Source of the DNA: Candidatus Bathyarchaeia archaeon
GTDB lineage: Archaea > Thermoproteota > Bathyarchaeia > Bathyarchaeales > Bathyarchaeaceae
DNA length: 64,000 nucleotides
NCBI GenBank assembly: GCA_035283685.1
Contig: DATETJ010000003.1
Span: 842 to 64,841, forward strand
Reading direction: 5' to 3'
Shown: piece after piece, positions 54,496 through 63,473 of the stretch
How the letters are laid out: each line of letters begins with the position of its first letter
Numbering within the stretch: position 1 is the stretch's first letter
Notes under the pieces: model-generated
Database searches by the model: none
What the model saw: only the letters and a program-made list of their open reading frames with translations
Told to the model about the DNA's origin: nothing
Position numbers and translations under genes: made by a program

Positions 54496-57257
54496 GGATT
54501 GCCATGAACACAGAGCGGCAGGCTGAACGAGATATCAAGGGGGTTGCCAGTGAGTATTGGCGACTCGGCTTGAACATTGTGCCGGTCAAAGGAAAAACGC
54601 CTCTAATCAAGTGGGCAGAGCTTCAGTCTTCTCAGCAGTCAAGTGATGATTTCATTAATCTGCCATGGAATCAAGCTGACGGCTTTGCTCTAATAGGTGG
54701 CGCCAAGAGGATTGACGGACTGTACCTGGGTGCCATTGATTACGACGTCAAGAATGTTTCTGAGAATGCGAAGGAGTTGGGAAAGAAGTTCCTGAAAGAC
54801 CTTCTAGCCACAAGGATTGAGAAGACGCCTTCAGGTGGCGAGCACTGGGTTTTCTATTCGAGAAAGCAGCCCGGCACAGTGAGCAGTTTTCACGATTCAC
54901 TAGCTCTCGAGCTTTTAGGGAAGGACAAGCTCATCGTCATGGCTCCCAGCAATGGTTATACTCGTATGAACGACAATGAGCCGACCGTTTTAGAGGACCT
55001 TGAGAGCACGTTTTACGACGGGTTGTACCACATCGGTGTTGGGAAATCGCGAGAGGCTACAAAAACCGCAGCACCTAGGAAAAGGCGCCGGAAAACCAAG
55101 GCGCGCATGTGCTGTGAAGTGGCTCTAGAGAAGGATCGCCGCATTTCTCATTTGATGCGACTGGCCATTGCCAGCGAATACAAGCGGCTCGGTTTGTCTG
55201 AGGTCGATGTTGTTGAGCTTTTTGGACATCAGGCTGACTTTGACCGGGACAAGTGCTTGACGCAAGTGGCAAGCGCGAATCCTGCCAGGACCGCTTCATG
55301 CGTTTCTATCAAGAGTTGGGGTTATTGTCTCCCTGAATGCCCCAAGACGCCCGGCGTTGGAGGTGGCACGAAGGGCGACGAAGAGGGCAGAGAAAGCCAA
55401 GCAGACGCTATGATCAAACTTGCCCAAGCCGAAAGTGTCTCACTGTTTCACGATGAGAGGCGAGAGCCCTACATCCGGATCCGAAAGGGCGAGGCGCTGG
55501 TCACCATGAGGCTTCGAAGCAAGGAGACGAAGACCTGGCTGAGTAGCCTTCTTTGGCGAGACAGAGAGAAAGCGCCCAGCGGCGAGGCATTATCATCAGC
55601 TCTCAACGTCCTTGAAGCTTTGGCAAACGATGGGGAGAAGCATCAGCTTTACAACCGAGTAGCACCAGGAGAAGACGGAAGCATATGGCTAGATCTCTGC
55701 GATGATCAATGGCGTGCAATCCACGTCACTAGGGCAGGCTGGGAGGTCGTGAATCACCCGCCTATCCTCTTCCGCCGCTACAGCCACCAGCAACCAATCC
55801 CCATTCCAATACACGGATCGCTGAAGCATATAGGAAGCATCTTGGACTATGCCAACATCAAGCATTTAGGAGACCAGCTTCTCTATGTCGTGGCTGTCAT
55901 CACAAATCTTATTCCAGGCATCCCGCATGTGGTGATAATTCTTTTCGGACCCCAAGGCAGCGGCAAGACGTGGGCGTTACGGATCATTCGGCTCCTCATC
56001 GACCCTAGCCAACTCGATCTTCTCTCGCTTCCAACGCGGTATGTTGAGCTTGTCCAGAACCTGGACCATAGCTGGTGTTCGTTTTTCGATAACATCGGGA
56101 GCCTTCCACCATGGCAGAGCAACGTGTTCTGTCGAGCCGTCACCGGAGGAGGAGTCAGCAAACGCCAACTCTACACCGATGACGATGACATAATCTACCA
56201 GTACCACCGTTGTGTTGGGCTAACCGACATCAATATCGCCGCGGAGCGAGGAGACCTCCTTCAGCGCAGCGTTCTACTAGGCCTCGAGGCTATACCCAAA
56301 GACCATCGCAAGACGGAGAGCGAGCTCAGAGCCAGGTTCGCCCAAGATCAACCGAAGATTCTTGCAGGTATGTTAGACGTGTTGGTTAAGGCTTTGAATC
56401 TTTATCCCACGGTCAAACTTGAATCACTCAATAGAATGGCGGACTACACTATCTGGGGACACGCGATAACCCAGGCGTTGGGTCTCAAGCCGGAGTGCTT
56501 CATCAATGCATACGAAGAGAATATCAACGCTCAAAATCTGGAAGCCGTTCGCGCCAACCCAATATCTGATGCCCTCATTAGTCTGATGGAGACGAACAAG
56601 CTGACGGGTTGGAGCGGAACCGTTTCCCAACTTTTCAGCGAGCTCGAGGAGAAGGCAAAAGATCTCAAGATTAGCACTCGACAGAAAGCTTGGCCCAAGA
56701 AACCGCACGTGCTGTCGCGAATTCTGAATGAGTTGGCCCCGTCCCTGTCCGCAGTGGGCCTGGAGATTGAAAGAGATAGAACTGGGAGCGCCAGATTAAT
56801 TCACATAAATGCCGTACCAGGCGTCACAAGCGTCGCAAGACAGTCCGACTGGGGCAAGGGCAGTGACTTGAAGGCTTACTTGAGTGACGCTAGTGACGCT
56901 TCGGCAGGTAGTTTTGAAAGTTTATCTGGCAATCAGGTAGAGATGCCAACTCAGCCCAAAAACAAAGAACCGGAAAAACTCGCACAAACACCGTCACAAG
57001 CGTCACAAGCGTCATCGGTCCGAGAATTCTTCGCTTGGCTGCAATCAGAGTTTCAGAAAGGCAACAACCCGATTCTGAGCCTCGTGCCGCTGGACCCAGT
57101 TCAAAAGGGGACTTGCCCTCTTTGCCAGAAGCATGACGTCAATTTGGTTTGGCAGCTTCAGTTTGTTGACGGAAGCCGCTATGATGGACTCTGCGTCGAC
57201 TGTGGGGGCCGAATTCAAGATCTGGTCAGAGAATTCGAGGAGAGAAGTAATGCATGA
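54492..57257 (+). CDS. bifunctional primase-polymerase / SF3-type helicase replicase (pRN1 ORF904-like)
   Basis: Prim-pol N-domain (NIVPVKGKTPLIKWAELQ, AIDYDVK, PSGGEHWVFYS), Walker A ILFGPQGSGKTW and C-terminal Cys pairs (CPLCQKH...CVDCGG). 921 aa. Confidence 0.8.
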   Translation: MRIAMNTERQAERDIKGVASEYWRLGLNIVPVKGKTPLIKWAELQSSQQSSDDFINLPWNQADGFALIGGAKRIDGLYLGAIDYDVKNVSENAKELGKKFLKDLLATRIEKTPSGGEHWVFYSRKQPGTVSSFHDSLALELLGKDKLIVMAPSNGYTRMNDNEPTVLEDLESTFYDGLYHIGVGKSREATKTAAPRKRRRKTKARMCCEVALEKDRRISHLMRLAIASEYKRLGLSEVDVVELFGHQADFDRDKCLTQVASANPARTASCVSIKSWGYCLPECPKTPGVGGGTKGDEEGRESQADAMIKLAQAESVSLFHDERREPYIRIRKGEALVTMRLRSKETKTWLSSLLWRDREKAPSGEALSSALNVLEALANDGEKHQLYNRVAPGEDGSIWLDLCDDQWRAIHVTRAGWEVVNHPPILFRRYSHQQPIPIPIHGSLKHIGSILDYANIKHLGDQLLYVVAVITNLIPGIPHVVIILFGPQGSGKTWALRIIRLLIDPSQLDLLSLPTRYVELVQNLDHSWCSFFDNIGSLPPWQSNVFCRAVTGGGVSKRQLYTDDDDIIYQYHRCVGLTDINIAAERGDLLQRSVLLGLEAIPKDHRKTESELRARFAQDQPKILAGMLDVLVKALNLYPTVKLESLNRMADYTIWGHAITQALGLKPECFINAYEENINAQNLEAVRANPISDALISLMETNKLTGWSGTVSQLFSELEEKAKDLKISTRQKAWPKKPHVLSRILNELAPSLSAVGLEIERDRTGSARLIHINAVPGVTSVARQSDWGKGSDLKAYLSDASDASAGSFESLSGNQVEMPTQPKNKEPEKLAQTPSQASQASSVREFFAWLQSEFQKGNNPILSLVPLDPVQKGTCPLCQKHDVNLVWQLQFVDGSRYDGLCVDCGGRIQDLVREFEERSNA

Positions 57258-57496
57258 ATGAACGAACCCGAAGGATGTTGGAAACTGAGAAACCTAGAAC
57301 CTATGGAAAGTGCCCAATATGCAGCACAGACCTGCCAAGCGGGGACGTATTTCGCACAGCAGTTCTGCAAGGCACACTCATCATTTCCAATGGCAGAATA
57401 TTCCACGCTGCCTGTCTTGAGCATGAAATGGGTCCTGACAGAATGAGAGAGCTACGTCGACGCTTGAGTCTACCTGAACAGGATGTGGGAAAATGA
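57254..57496 (+). CDS. small zinc-binding protein
   Basis: CPICSTD...HAACLEHE. Its ATG overlaps the replicase stop (ATGA). Confidence 0.45.
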   Translation: MNERTRRMLETEKPRTYGKCPICSTDLPSGDVFRTAVLQGTLIISNGRIFHAACLEHEMGPDRMRELRRRLSLPEQDVGK

Positions 57497-57786
57497 AGGT
57501 CAAAAGCAAAGCAGAGATGGCCGCAGATCTCAACCGATTTCTGCTAGTCGAAAACGTGTCCTGGGAGAAATTGCCGAAAAAGGACCTAGCCGAGCAGCTG
57601 AATCGTTTCCTCTTGATCCAAGTGTCTTGGGAACGGTTGTCGCAAAAAGACTTGATCAAGGTCTGCTCGGCGTTTCAGCGGCTTCGGCAAGACGTTGACG
57701 AAATTCTCGCGCTACTGGATCAGGCGCCCTTTTCGACTGAGAGTCCTCAAAAAACAATAGAGAAGATGGTTCAATATGTTATTTAA
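57493..57786 (+). CDS. hypothetical protein with an internal ~21-aa duplication
   Basis: AADLNRFLLVENVSWEKLPKKDL is repeated as AEQLNRFLLIQVSWERLSQKDL. It has an ATGA overlap with the previous gene. Confidence 0.45.
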   Translation: MKVKSKAEMAADLNRFLLVENVSWEKLPKKDLAEQLNRFLLIQVSWERLSQKDLIKVCSAFQRLRQDVDEILALLDQAPFSTESPQKTIEKMVQYVI

Positions 57787-58045
57787 TCGCGTACATACGT
57801 CAAAAGCAGGGTCTCTAGACAACCGATTTGAGACCAAAAGCTCAGCTCTAGCGAGATTAAAAATCTTGACTCTGCATGAACCAAGGCTTGAGAAGGTTCA
57901 TTCATGTTTTTTTTATAGTCATGGAGATGGTAAAACTTGCCAGAAAGTCAGAAAGTAGAGGAGTGTATGAATTCATACACTTTGTCTGAGGAACACGCTA
58001 AACGACTCCTTAAACCCAACGGCAGTAGAAAAAATTGGAGTCTCG

Positions 58046-58270
58046 GTGCTTTGCCGAGTCTCTACTAAAGGCGGCGCTGGAACATACCTCTATCTTCCAC
58101 ACATTTTCTCTGAAACCTACAACATTCTCCCAGGGAGCGTTGTCGAAGTCTACTTCAGAAGGGTTTTCAAAAAGGTCTGGACTGATGAGGAAGAACCAAA
58201 GACGGACATCATAGACCTATCGAAGGAGCGCGGTCGTCCTAGAAAGAAGAAGGGAAAAGAGAATGAATGA
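58046..58270 (+). CDS. AbrB/SpoVT-like small DNA-binding protein
   Basis: GAGTYLYLPHIFSETYNILPGSVVEVYF followed by a basic tail RGRPRKKKGK. GTG start. Confidence 0.4.
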   Translation: MLCRVSTKGGAGTYLYLPHIFSETYNILPGSVVEVYFRRVFKKVWTDEEEPKTDIIDLSKERGRPRKKKGKENE

Positions 58271-58540
58271 ATTTGTTGAGAGTGTCTGAATAAATGCAGA
58301 CGTCACAAGTTGCCCTAAGAAAACAGAAGGAAAAAAGCGATATCCTCGCTGCCCTGGAGCTCAAAGAAGGGCTCAAAGGCTCAGTGGTTTGGGATCGAGT
58401 AAACTGTGGAAAGCATTGCTGCTAGAGATATTGGGAATTCAATGACACTTGGAAACCATTAGACTTTCAAAAGACATTTCTTTCTACTGGTATAGCAAAC
58501 CATAAACCCATTGAAAGAGTAAGTCTGAAAAGGAGTCAGA

Positions 58541-58990
58541 ATGACAAATACTGAAAACTTACATGAATGCTTTCTCAAGGAATGTGAAATTGCTCAAGAC
58601 ATTATTTCAAGAATGGCAAGCAATTCTTTCTTGATAAAGGGATGGGCGATTACGTTGGTTGTAGCATCTCTGCTTATTCAGGGAGTTTCTTATCATCACT
58701 ATGTTGCATTCTTGCCTTGGATTATTTTCTGGATTTATGATGCCTATTTTCTCAGAATGGAAAGACTGTATCGAAAGCTGTATGGTTGGTTGATAAAGAA
58801 CAGAGCTAGTAACAATGATGAATTTTTGTTAGACATGTCTAAAGATAGCTTGGAGAAGAGATTTGGAAAGGAAGTTCCTCATACAGTTCGAGTCATGTTC
58901 TTTAAAACACTTATTGCTTTCTATGGACTGTTGCTAATAATCATTGTTGTTTCGATATATGTTGACCTTAGTGCCATTCAATTTAAGTAA
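58541..58990 (+). CDS. small 3-TM membrane protein (candidate effector partner of the TIR-like gene)
   Basis: TM helices FLIKGWAITLVVASLLIQGV, YVAFLPWIIFWIYDAYFL and TLIAFYGLLLIIIVVSIYV. AAAGGAG lies upstream of the ATG. Confidence 0.6.
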   Translation: MTNTENLHECFLKECEIAQDIISRMASNSFLIKGWAITLVVASLLIQGVSYHHYVAFLPWIIFWIYDAYFLRMERLYRKLYGWLIKNRASNNDEFLLDMSKDSLEKRFGKEVPHTVRVMFFKTLIAFYGLLLIIIVVSIYVDLSAIQFK

Positions 58991-59023
58991 GACTTGAGAC
59001 TGATATTTGAGAAAGTGATATAG

Positions 59024-59515
59024 ATGGTTAGAAGAGTTTTCTTCAGTTTTCATTATGAGAGAGACATTTGGAGAGTTAGTCAGGTCAGAAATAGCTGGGT
59101 AACCAAACCCGACATAGAAGAAGCTGGTTATATCGATAAAGCTGGTTGGGAAAGCCTAGAGAGAGAAGGAGAAGAAGCAATAAAACGTTGGATTATGAGA
59201 CAGTTAGACGGTACTTCGGTTACTGTGGTTCTGATAGGAGGAGAGACATCCAAAAGACGATGGGTGGGTTATGAAATAGACCAGAGTTCTCGCAAAGGAA
59301 ATGGGATGCTTGGAATATACATTCACAACGTAAAAGACCAGAATAGTCTCACAGACACTAAGGGTAGCAATCCATTCGATAATCGGTATATAGAACAGAA
59401 TGGTCAGAAAACATACTTGTCACAATTGTATCCAACATATGATTGGGTCAATGATAATGGCTATGATAACTTTGGTGATTGGGTAGAGAAAGCTGCTCAA
59501 AAGGCTGGAAGATAG
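59024..59515 (+). CDS. TIR-like domain protein (MTH538/DUF1863, ThsB-type)
   Basis: MVRRVFFSFHYERDIWRVSQVRNSW, TSVTVVLIGGETSKRRWVGYEIDQS and GMLGIYIHNVKD are family-typical strings. Confidence 0.75.
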   Translation: MVRRVFFSFHYERDIWRVSQVRNSWVTKPDIEEAGYIDKAGWESLEREGEEAIKRWIMRQLDGTSVTVVLIGGETSKRRWVGYEIDQSSRKGNGMLGIYIHNVKDQNSLTDTKGSNPFDNRYIEQNGQKTYLSQLYPTYDWVNDNGYDNFGDWVEKAAQKAGR

Positions 59516-59662
59516 AAAAAAGAAAGGATTAGAGTTTATTTCTTCTTTATCAAGACTACTTTACCATCTACGCTGGGTGAACTGATGAGCTACTCAAAGC
59601 AAGAGCTGGAGACTATGCTTCGCAAGGTTGACGCTGAAATCTTGGGACAAGAAGACGCCAAG

Positions 59663-59893
59663 GGCGAGTCTTTTTCCACTTCACGGAGAGTATCCTCGTA
59701 GTAAACGACTCGGCGCGCCTCACAGCCTTAGCCCCCTTGGCGGTACATTGCCAACTTGCTTTTAAACAACCTGGCAGCGCGTTGCCAGTGGCCAGCGCCG
59801 GATCCAGACTGAAATCAATGAGTCAGCAGAGACCTGCACGTCGACGTGGCAAGTGATTCATACCGGATTACTACGAGTATCCCAAGACTCGCC
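59663..59893. repeat. large imperfect inverted repeat enclosing short palindromes
   Basis: GGCGAGTCTT 59663-72 pairs with AAGACTCGCC 59884-93. CTCGTAGTA 59695-703 pairs with TACTACGAG 59869-77. Internal palindromes: CTGGCA..TGCCAG 59771-88 and CACGTCGACGTG 59837-48. Confidence 0.75.
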
Positions 59894-60139
59894 TTGAAAC
59901 GTTTCAACAACCCTAAAGCGAGTCCCTCGAGTTCCGCAAACAGGCCCTGATTGGCGCCCCTCAAACGGGTCCTACGAAGCCTTTTGAGGCTCGAATCAGC
60001 AGCAGCGGGATCCTCATAGTAGTTTGGAGGCGCCCTTCCTCTCTCTCCATAGTCCCTGAAGTCTCTGGGCGCTTAACCGCTTTGTGAATGATTGTTCTGG
60101 AAGAATCTTCTATGGACCCGGAAGACTCGTGCCCAGCGA

Positions 60140-60470
60140 GTCCTCAGAGCTTTTGCAAAGCCATTGAAAGCATTTCTAAAGCTTACAAGAGACCTCTTTG
60201 CGGCTTTAGAGTGCCTTTTTCCCTTTTGTGCGGCGTTCACCCTTTATGCAAAGCTTTTCAAAGCTTGGTCGTTTTTGATAGGCAATGGAAGGCTAGAATG
60301 AGCAACAAGACTCTTTGAAAGCCCTTTAAAGCCTTTAGTAGCTTTTGATAGGCAGGTTTCTAATCAACCTTTCAAAACCCTTTAATGTCCTTCAAGGGCG
60401 CCCTTTCGTAGCCTTTGCGCTGACCTTTCAAAGAGCCTTTGTCCTCCTTTGCAGAAGTCTTTAATTGCTT
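60140..60470. repeat. helically phased CCTTT/CTTT(N)AAAG iteron array
   Basis: At least 18 (G/C)CTTT motifs, many spaced 9-12 bp apart (for example 60311, 60322, 60331, 60341; 60401, 60411, 60423, 60435, 60446, 60457). TTTTGATAGGCA occurs twice (60273, 60343). Confidence 0.8.
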
Positions 60471-60578
60471 ATTCCTAACCTAGACTCAGGGCGTTGTCGG
60501 GAGTCGCCGACGAAAAACTAGGGAGTCTCTTGAGTTTCATGGGAAATCTAGGATCTCTCAGTCCCATCAGATACTTAA

Positions 60579-60627
60579 ACAAATTACCGTAATTTGTGCT
60601 ATTATTTGTTAAACCTAATTAACAAAT
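60579..60627. promoter_or_regulatory. two adjacent perfect 9-bp palindromes sharing an ACAAAT half-site, in an AT-rich tract
   Basis: ACAAATTAC-c-GTAATTTGT at 60579-97, and ATTTGTTAA-acctaa-TTAACAAAT at 60604-27. Confidence 0.7.
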
Positions 60628-61088
60628 ATCTTCATATATTTTTTATGTTGATGGTCTTGTGCTGACATTATGAATCTTAACCCATGTAAGACTATGGCAT
60701 TAAGACCATAATGCTAGTTGAGGGATACCACGCTAAACGCCTTTTGGTATTGACCTTAAGTCATGTTGTTATGGCTAGACTGTGCATGACAACAGCTTAA
60801 CGCTGTGCATAAGCGAGACGTTATGGTTAGCGTAGCGTCTCAGAGACGCTGTTAAGAGGCGGTTGAAGCGAAATAAAGCGTCTAGAATTTACCATAGTAG
60901 CGACTCGTTTCTGTTGTCGTGCATACGCACTATAAAGTCTGTCAGCTATCCTAGTAGCGACACAGACAGTTCTACCGAGAAGGCTTTTTGTGTGAAAGGG
61001 TGAACGGATAGCAGAACCGACACAACAGAACGAACTGTGAAAACTGCCGATTGCAGTAATAGGCTTCTCAAACCAACTGCCCCAAGAA

Positions 61089-61388
61089 GTGGGACAAATG
61101 CACTACGTTTCAAGCTGCAAACTATGCGACTACATGATGGATTCTGAGAACGTGCAGTCGATCAAGACCAAGATTCTAGACCACCTGTCCAAGAGCCACA
61201 ATGAAGACGTTGTGGACTTTGCAACAGAGATAACCCTTAATGAATTGTCTGTTTGGGCAACAACGACAAGACTGACAGGCGGAGACGCTGAGATGTTCAG
61301 GCTGCTCAAGCAAGACAAACACTATTATCACGCTATACGCCACAGAAACCAGACCATCAAGAGTCGCCAATCCCCTGTTTTTGGATAG
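61089..61388 (+). CDS. hypothetical protein
   Basis: 99-aa ORF with a GTG start. Contains a CKLCDY...H..SH possible zinc motif. Confidence 0.4.
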   Translation: MGQMHYVSSCKLCDYMMDSENVQSIKTKILDHLSKSHNEDVVDFATEITLNELSVWATTTRLTGGDAEMFRLLKQDKHYYHAIRHRNQTIKSRQSPVFG

Positions 61389-61471
61389 GCAGTTGGGAGA
61401 ATATGCCGTATTCTGCATACAGCGAAATCAGCACACAGAGTTAGACTCCCAAAAGAAAATGGTGATACATT

Positions 61472-61963
61472 TTGGTTCAGCAAACCAAGGCAGTTAAAGC
61501 CGTTGCTCAAACTGAGACTGTTCAGGTGGTTCCTGAAGAGCTGACCCTTCTGCGTGGATTCCGAGATATTGTCCACGAAAGATGGGCTTACATGCTCGGC
61601 AGGAAACTCAAGCAATCAGAGATGACAGAGAAAACAGAGAAAGAGCGCAAGGTCGTTGCGACAGCACGCAAAGACCTTAAAGACAGCATTACGAAGATCA
61701 TTGAGAACGCCGACATGAAAGGCTACGTTGCGAAACAGGAAAGCATCAAGAAAGCAAACGAAGCCCTAGCCGAAGTGGCTAAGCCACTACGTGAGCCAAT
61801 CAGCGTATTGGCGAAGGGTGTCAAATACATGGACACAGTTGCAATTCCTGACGCTCTCAACGAGCTGGGTAAACCTGTTCAGCCGAAGTTCTCTCTGGGC
61901 AAATGGCTTGACGACGCCTTAGTAGCGCAGAAAAACGAGAAGAAAAAGAAGAGGGCTGCATAA
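61472..61963 (+). CDS. hypothetical Lys-rich helical protein
   Basis: 163-aa ORF with a basic tail KNEKKKKRAA. Confidence 0.45.
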   Translation: MVQQTKAVKAVAQTETVQVVPEELTLLRGFRDIVHERWAYMLGRKLKQSEMTEKTEKERKVVATARKDLKDSITKIIENADMKGYVAKQESIKKANEALAEVAKPLREPISVLAKGVKYMDTVAIPDALNELGKPVQPKFSLGKWLDDALVAQKNEKKKKRAA

Positions 61964-61997
61964 GCTCTCTTCTCACAGGTCTTCTTATCATCACCCA

Positions 61998-62038
61998 TTT
62001 TTTCCTTTTGCCATAGTCAGTCGGTTTGCCCGACTGAC
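61998..62038 (+). terminator. oligo-T run plus 9-bp-stem hairpin
   Basis: T6 at 61998-62003, then GTCAGTCGG-tttgc-CCGACTGAC at 62016-38, about 35-75 nt after the stop at 61963. Confidence 0.4.
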
Positions 62039-62130
62039 GGCCTAGGGGAAAGGCTACTCTGCGGTTAGCTGTTCAATTCGCTGGCAGTTAAAGTACGGGT
62101 TTGAGAAAAAGAAAGTGGGCTTCTCCGTAA

Positions 62131-62255
62131 CTTGAGAGCAACATCTCTAATCCATTTCGAAGTGGGGTTGAGAAACTCCAGCAGTTATCTACCGCATCGA
62201 GTATGGATTTTAGATTCGATGTGTTGCCTCTCAAGTGGAGACAAGCCTTTTTTTT
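62131..62255 (+). ncRNA. ~105-nt extended imperfect hairpin followed by a T8 run (candidate small RNA or DNA cruciform)
   Basis: CTTGAGAGCAACA 62131-43 pairs with TGTTGC(C)TCTCAAG 62222-35. Inner pairs: AATCCAT/ATGGATT, TCGA/TCGA and TGGGG/CTCCA. T8 at 62248-55. Confidence 0.4.
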
Positions 62256-62746
62256 AAACCCTTATGGCGTTTGCCAGCGGGAGCACTGAATCGAAGTGCA
62301 AAGAAAAGGGCGAGAAAGCCCGTTTTAGCCTATACAATGAAACCTACTCACAAGAGGGTTTCGATGACGTAGCAAGTCGCATGTTTCTAGGATAACAAGT
62401 CCAACCGCAAGGTTGGATGGAAACACCCCAGCGACGCAGAGATAAGACGATACCCGCAGAATTTTACAGAAGCCTGGCTACACCACTACTCTTCCTTGCA
62501 GGCTTATGCCTGCTCAATAGAGCAAGATGGCGGGAAACTACGCTGAGGATACATTACAGTGAAGCGTAGGCTAGGAAGCTCAGGCCACTACGAAACCCTC
62601 TAGAACTACACTGTTTCACCTGTGGGATGGTAGGCGGCGAATGCAGCGAGCCCGCTGCAGCCGAACCCCAGCGTTCTCGGGCACGAGAGCTTGAGCCGAC
62701 CTTGCCCACAGGGCAGTAGGAAATCTGGGGTGCGTGAACTTGTGGT

Positions 62747-63418
62747 TTGAAAGATACTCACGTTTTCCCTCTTTCTTCTTTTGGGGGTGTAAAATTGGCT
62801 GAACTACAGTTATTGCTGGATCGCATTAAACCGAAACCGCAGAGAAAAATCAGGTACAAGCGAAGCAACGACGAGCCTGGTCCAGAAATGATGGCTCTTC
62901 TAACAAGGATGAATGACCGCAGGTGGAAAGCTGAAGCACTTGAGTTGCTGCGGGATTTCATACGCGTTACTGCATGGGACGTTTGGATGGCTCGACACAT
63001 CAGAGAATGCGAGCTATGCTACGCAGAAACCACGATTTCAATAGAAAGATACCGTTCAAGAGGGCTGCCTTGGTTTCTTTTCCAAGATGATGAATGGGAA
63101 GACGAAGACGACAGCCCTCTAGAAAGCCCTCTAGAAGTCCACCAACGATTCAAAGAATTCCCACGGATCAGAGATTACTACATTCCTTCGTACTGGGAAG
63201 AAGCAGAAGCTTTCAGAGCAGGACGACCAATATCCCACTCGGGCACAGATGACTTCATCAAAGCAAGGCTGGCATGGGGAGAAAGAATCAGTAGGCAAAA
63301 CTTGGTTCTCGCCTGCAACTTCTACAAACGACTGAATTCATGGAACCTGACCGGTGGTCGACCAAGCTACGATTTCGAAGAATGGTTTTTTCCAGGAGCG
63401 CCAATAATGCCAATCTAG
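62747..63418 (+). CDS. hypothetical protein
   Basis: 223-aa ORF with a TTG start. An internal MMALLTRMND start is possible. Confidence 0.45.
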   Translation: MKDTHVFPLSSFGGVKLAELQLLLDRIKPKPQRKIRYKRSNDEPGPEMMALLTRMNDRRWKAEALELLRDFIRVTAWDVWMARHIRECELCYAETTISIERYRSRGLPWFLFQDDEWEDEDDSPLESPLEVHQRFKEFPRIRDYYIPSYWEEAEAFRAGRPISHSGTDDFIKARLAWGERISRQNLVLACNFYKRLNSWNLTGGRPSYDFEEWFFPGAPIMPI

Positions 63419-63473
63419 TTCCTTTCTTTTTCGGGGTGAATTCCAACTGAATCATCTGGAACGAAGGCAGCTT

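Noticed and set aside
60088-60318. Two overlapping track ORFs (76 and 69 aa)
   Set aside because: The low-complexity Leu/Phe/Lys/Ala peptides are produced by the phased CCTTT/AAAG repeats. The two frames overlap each other, and there is no start context.
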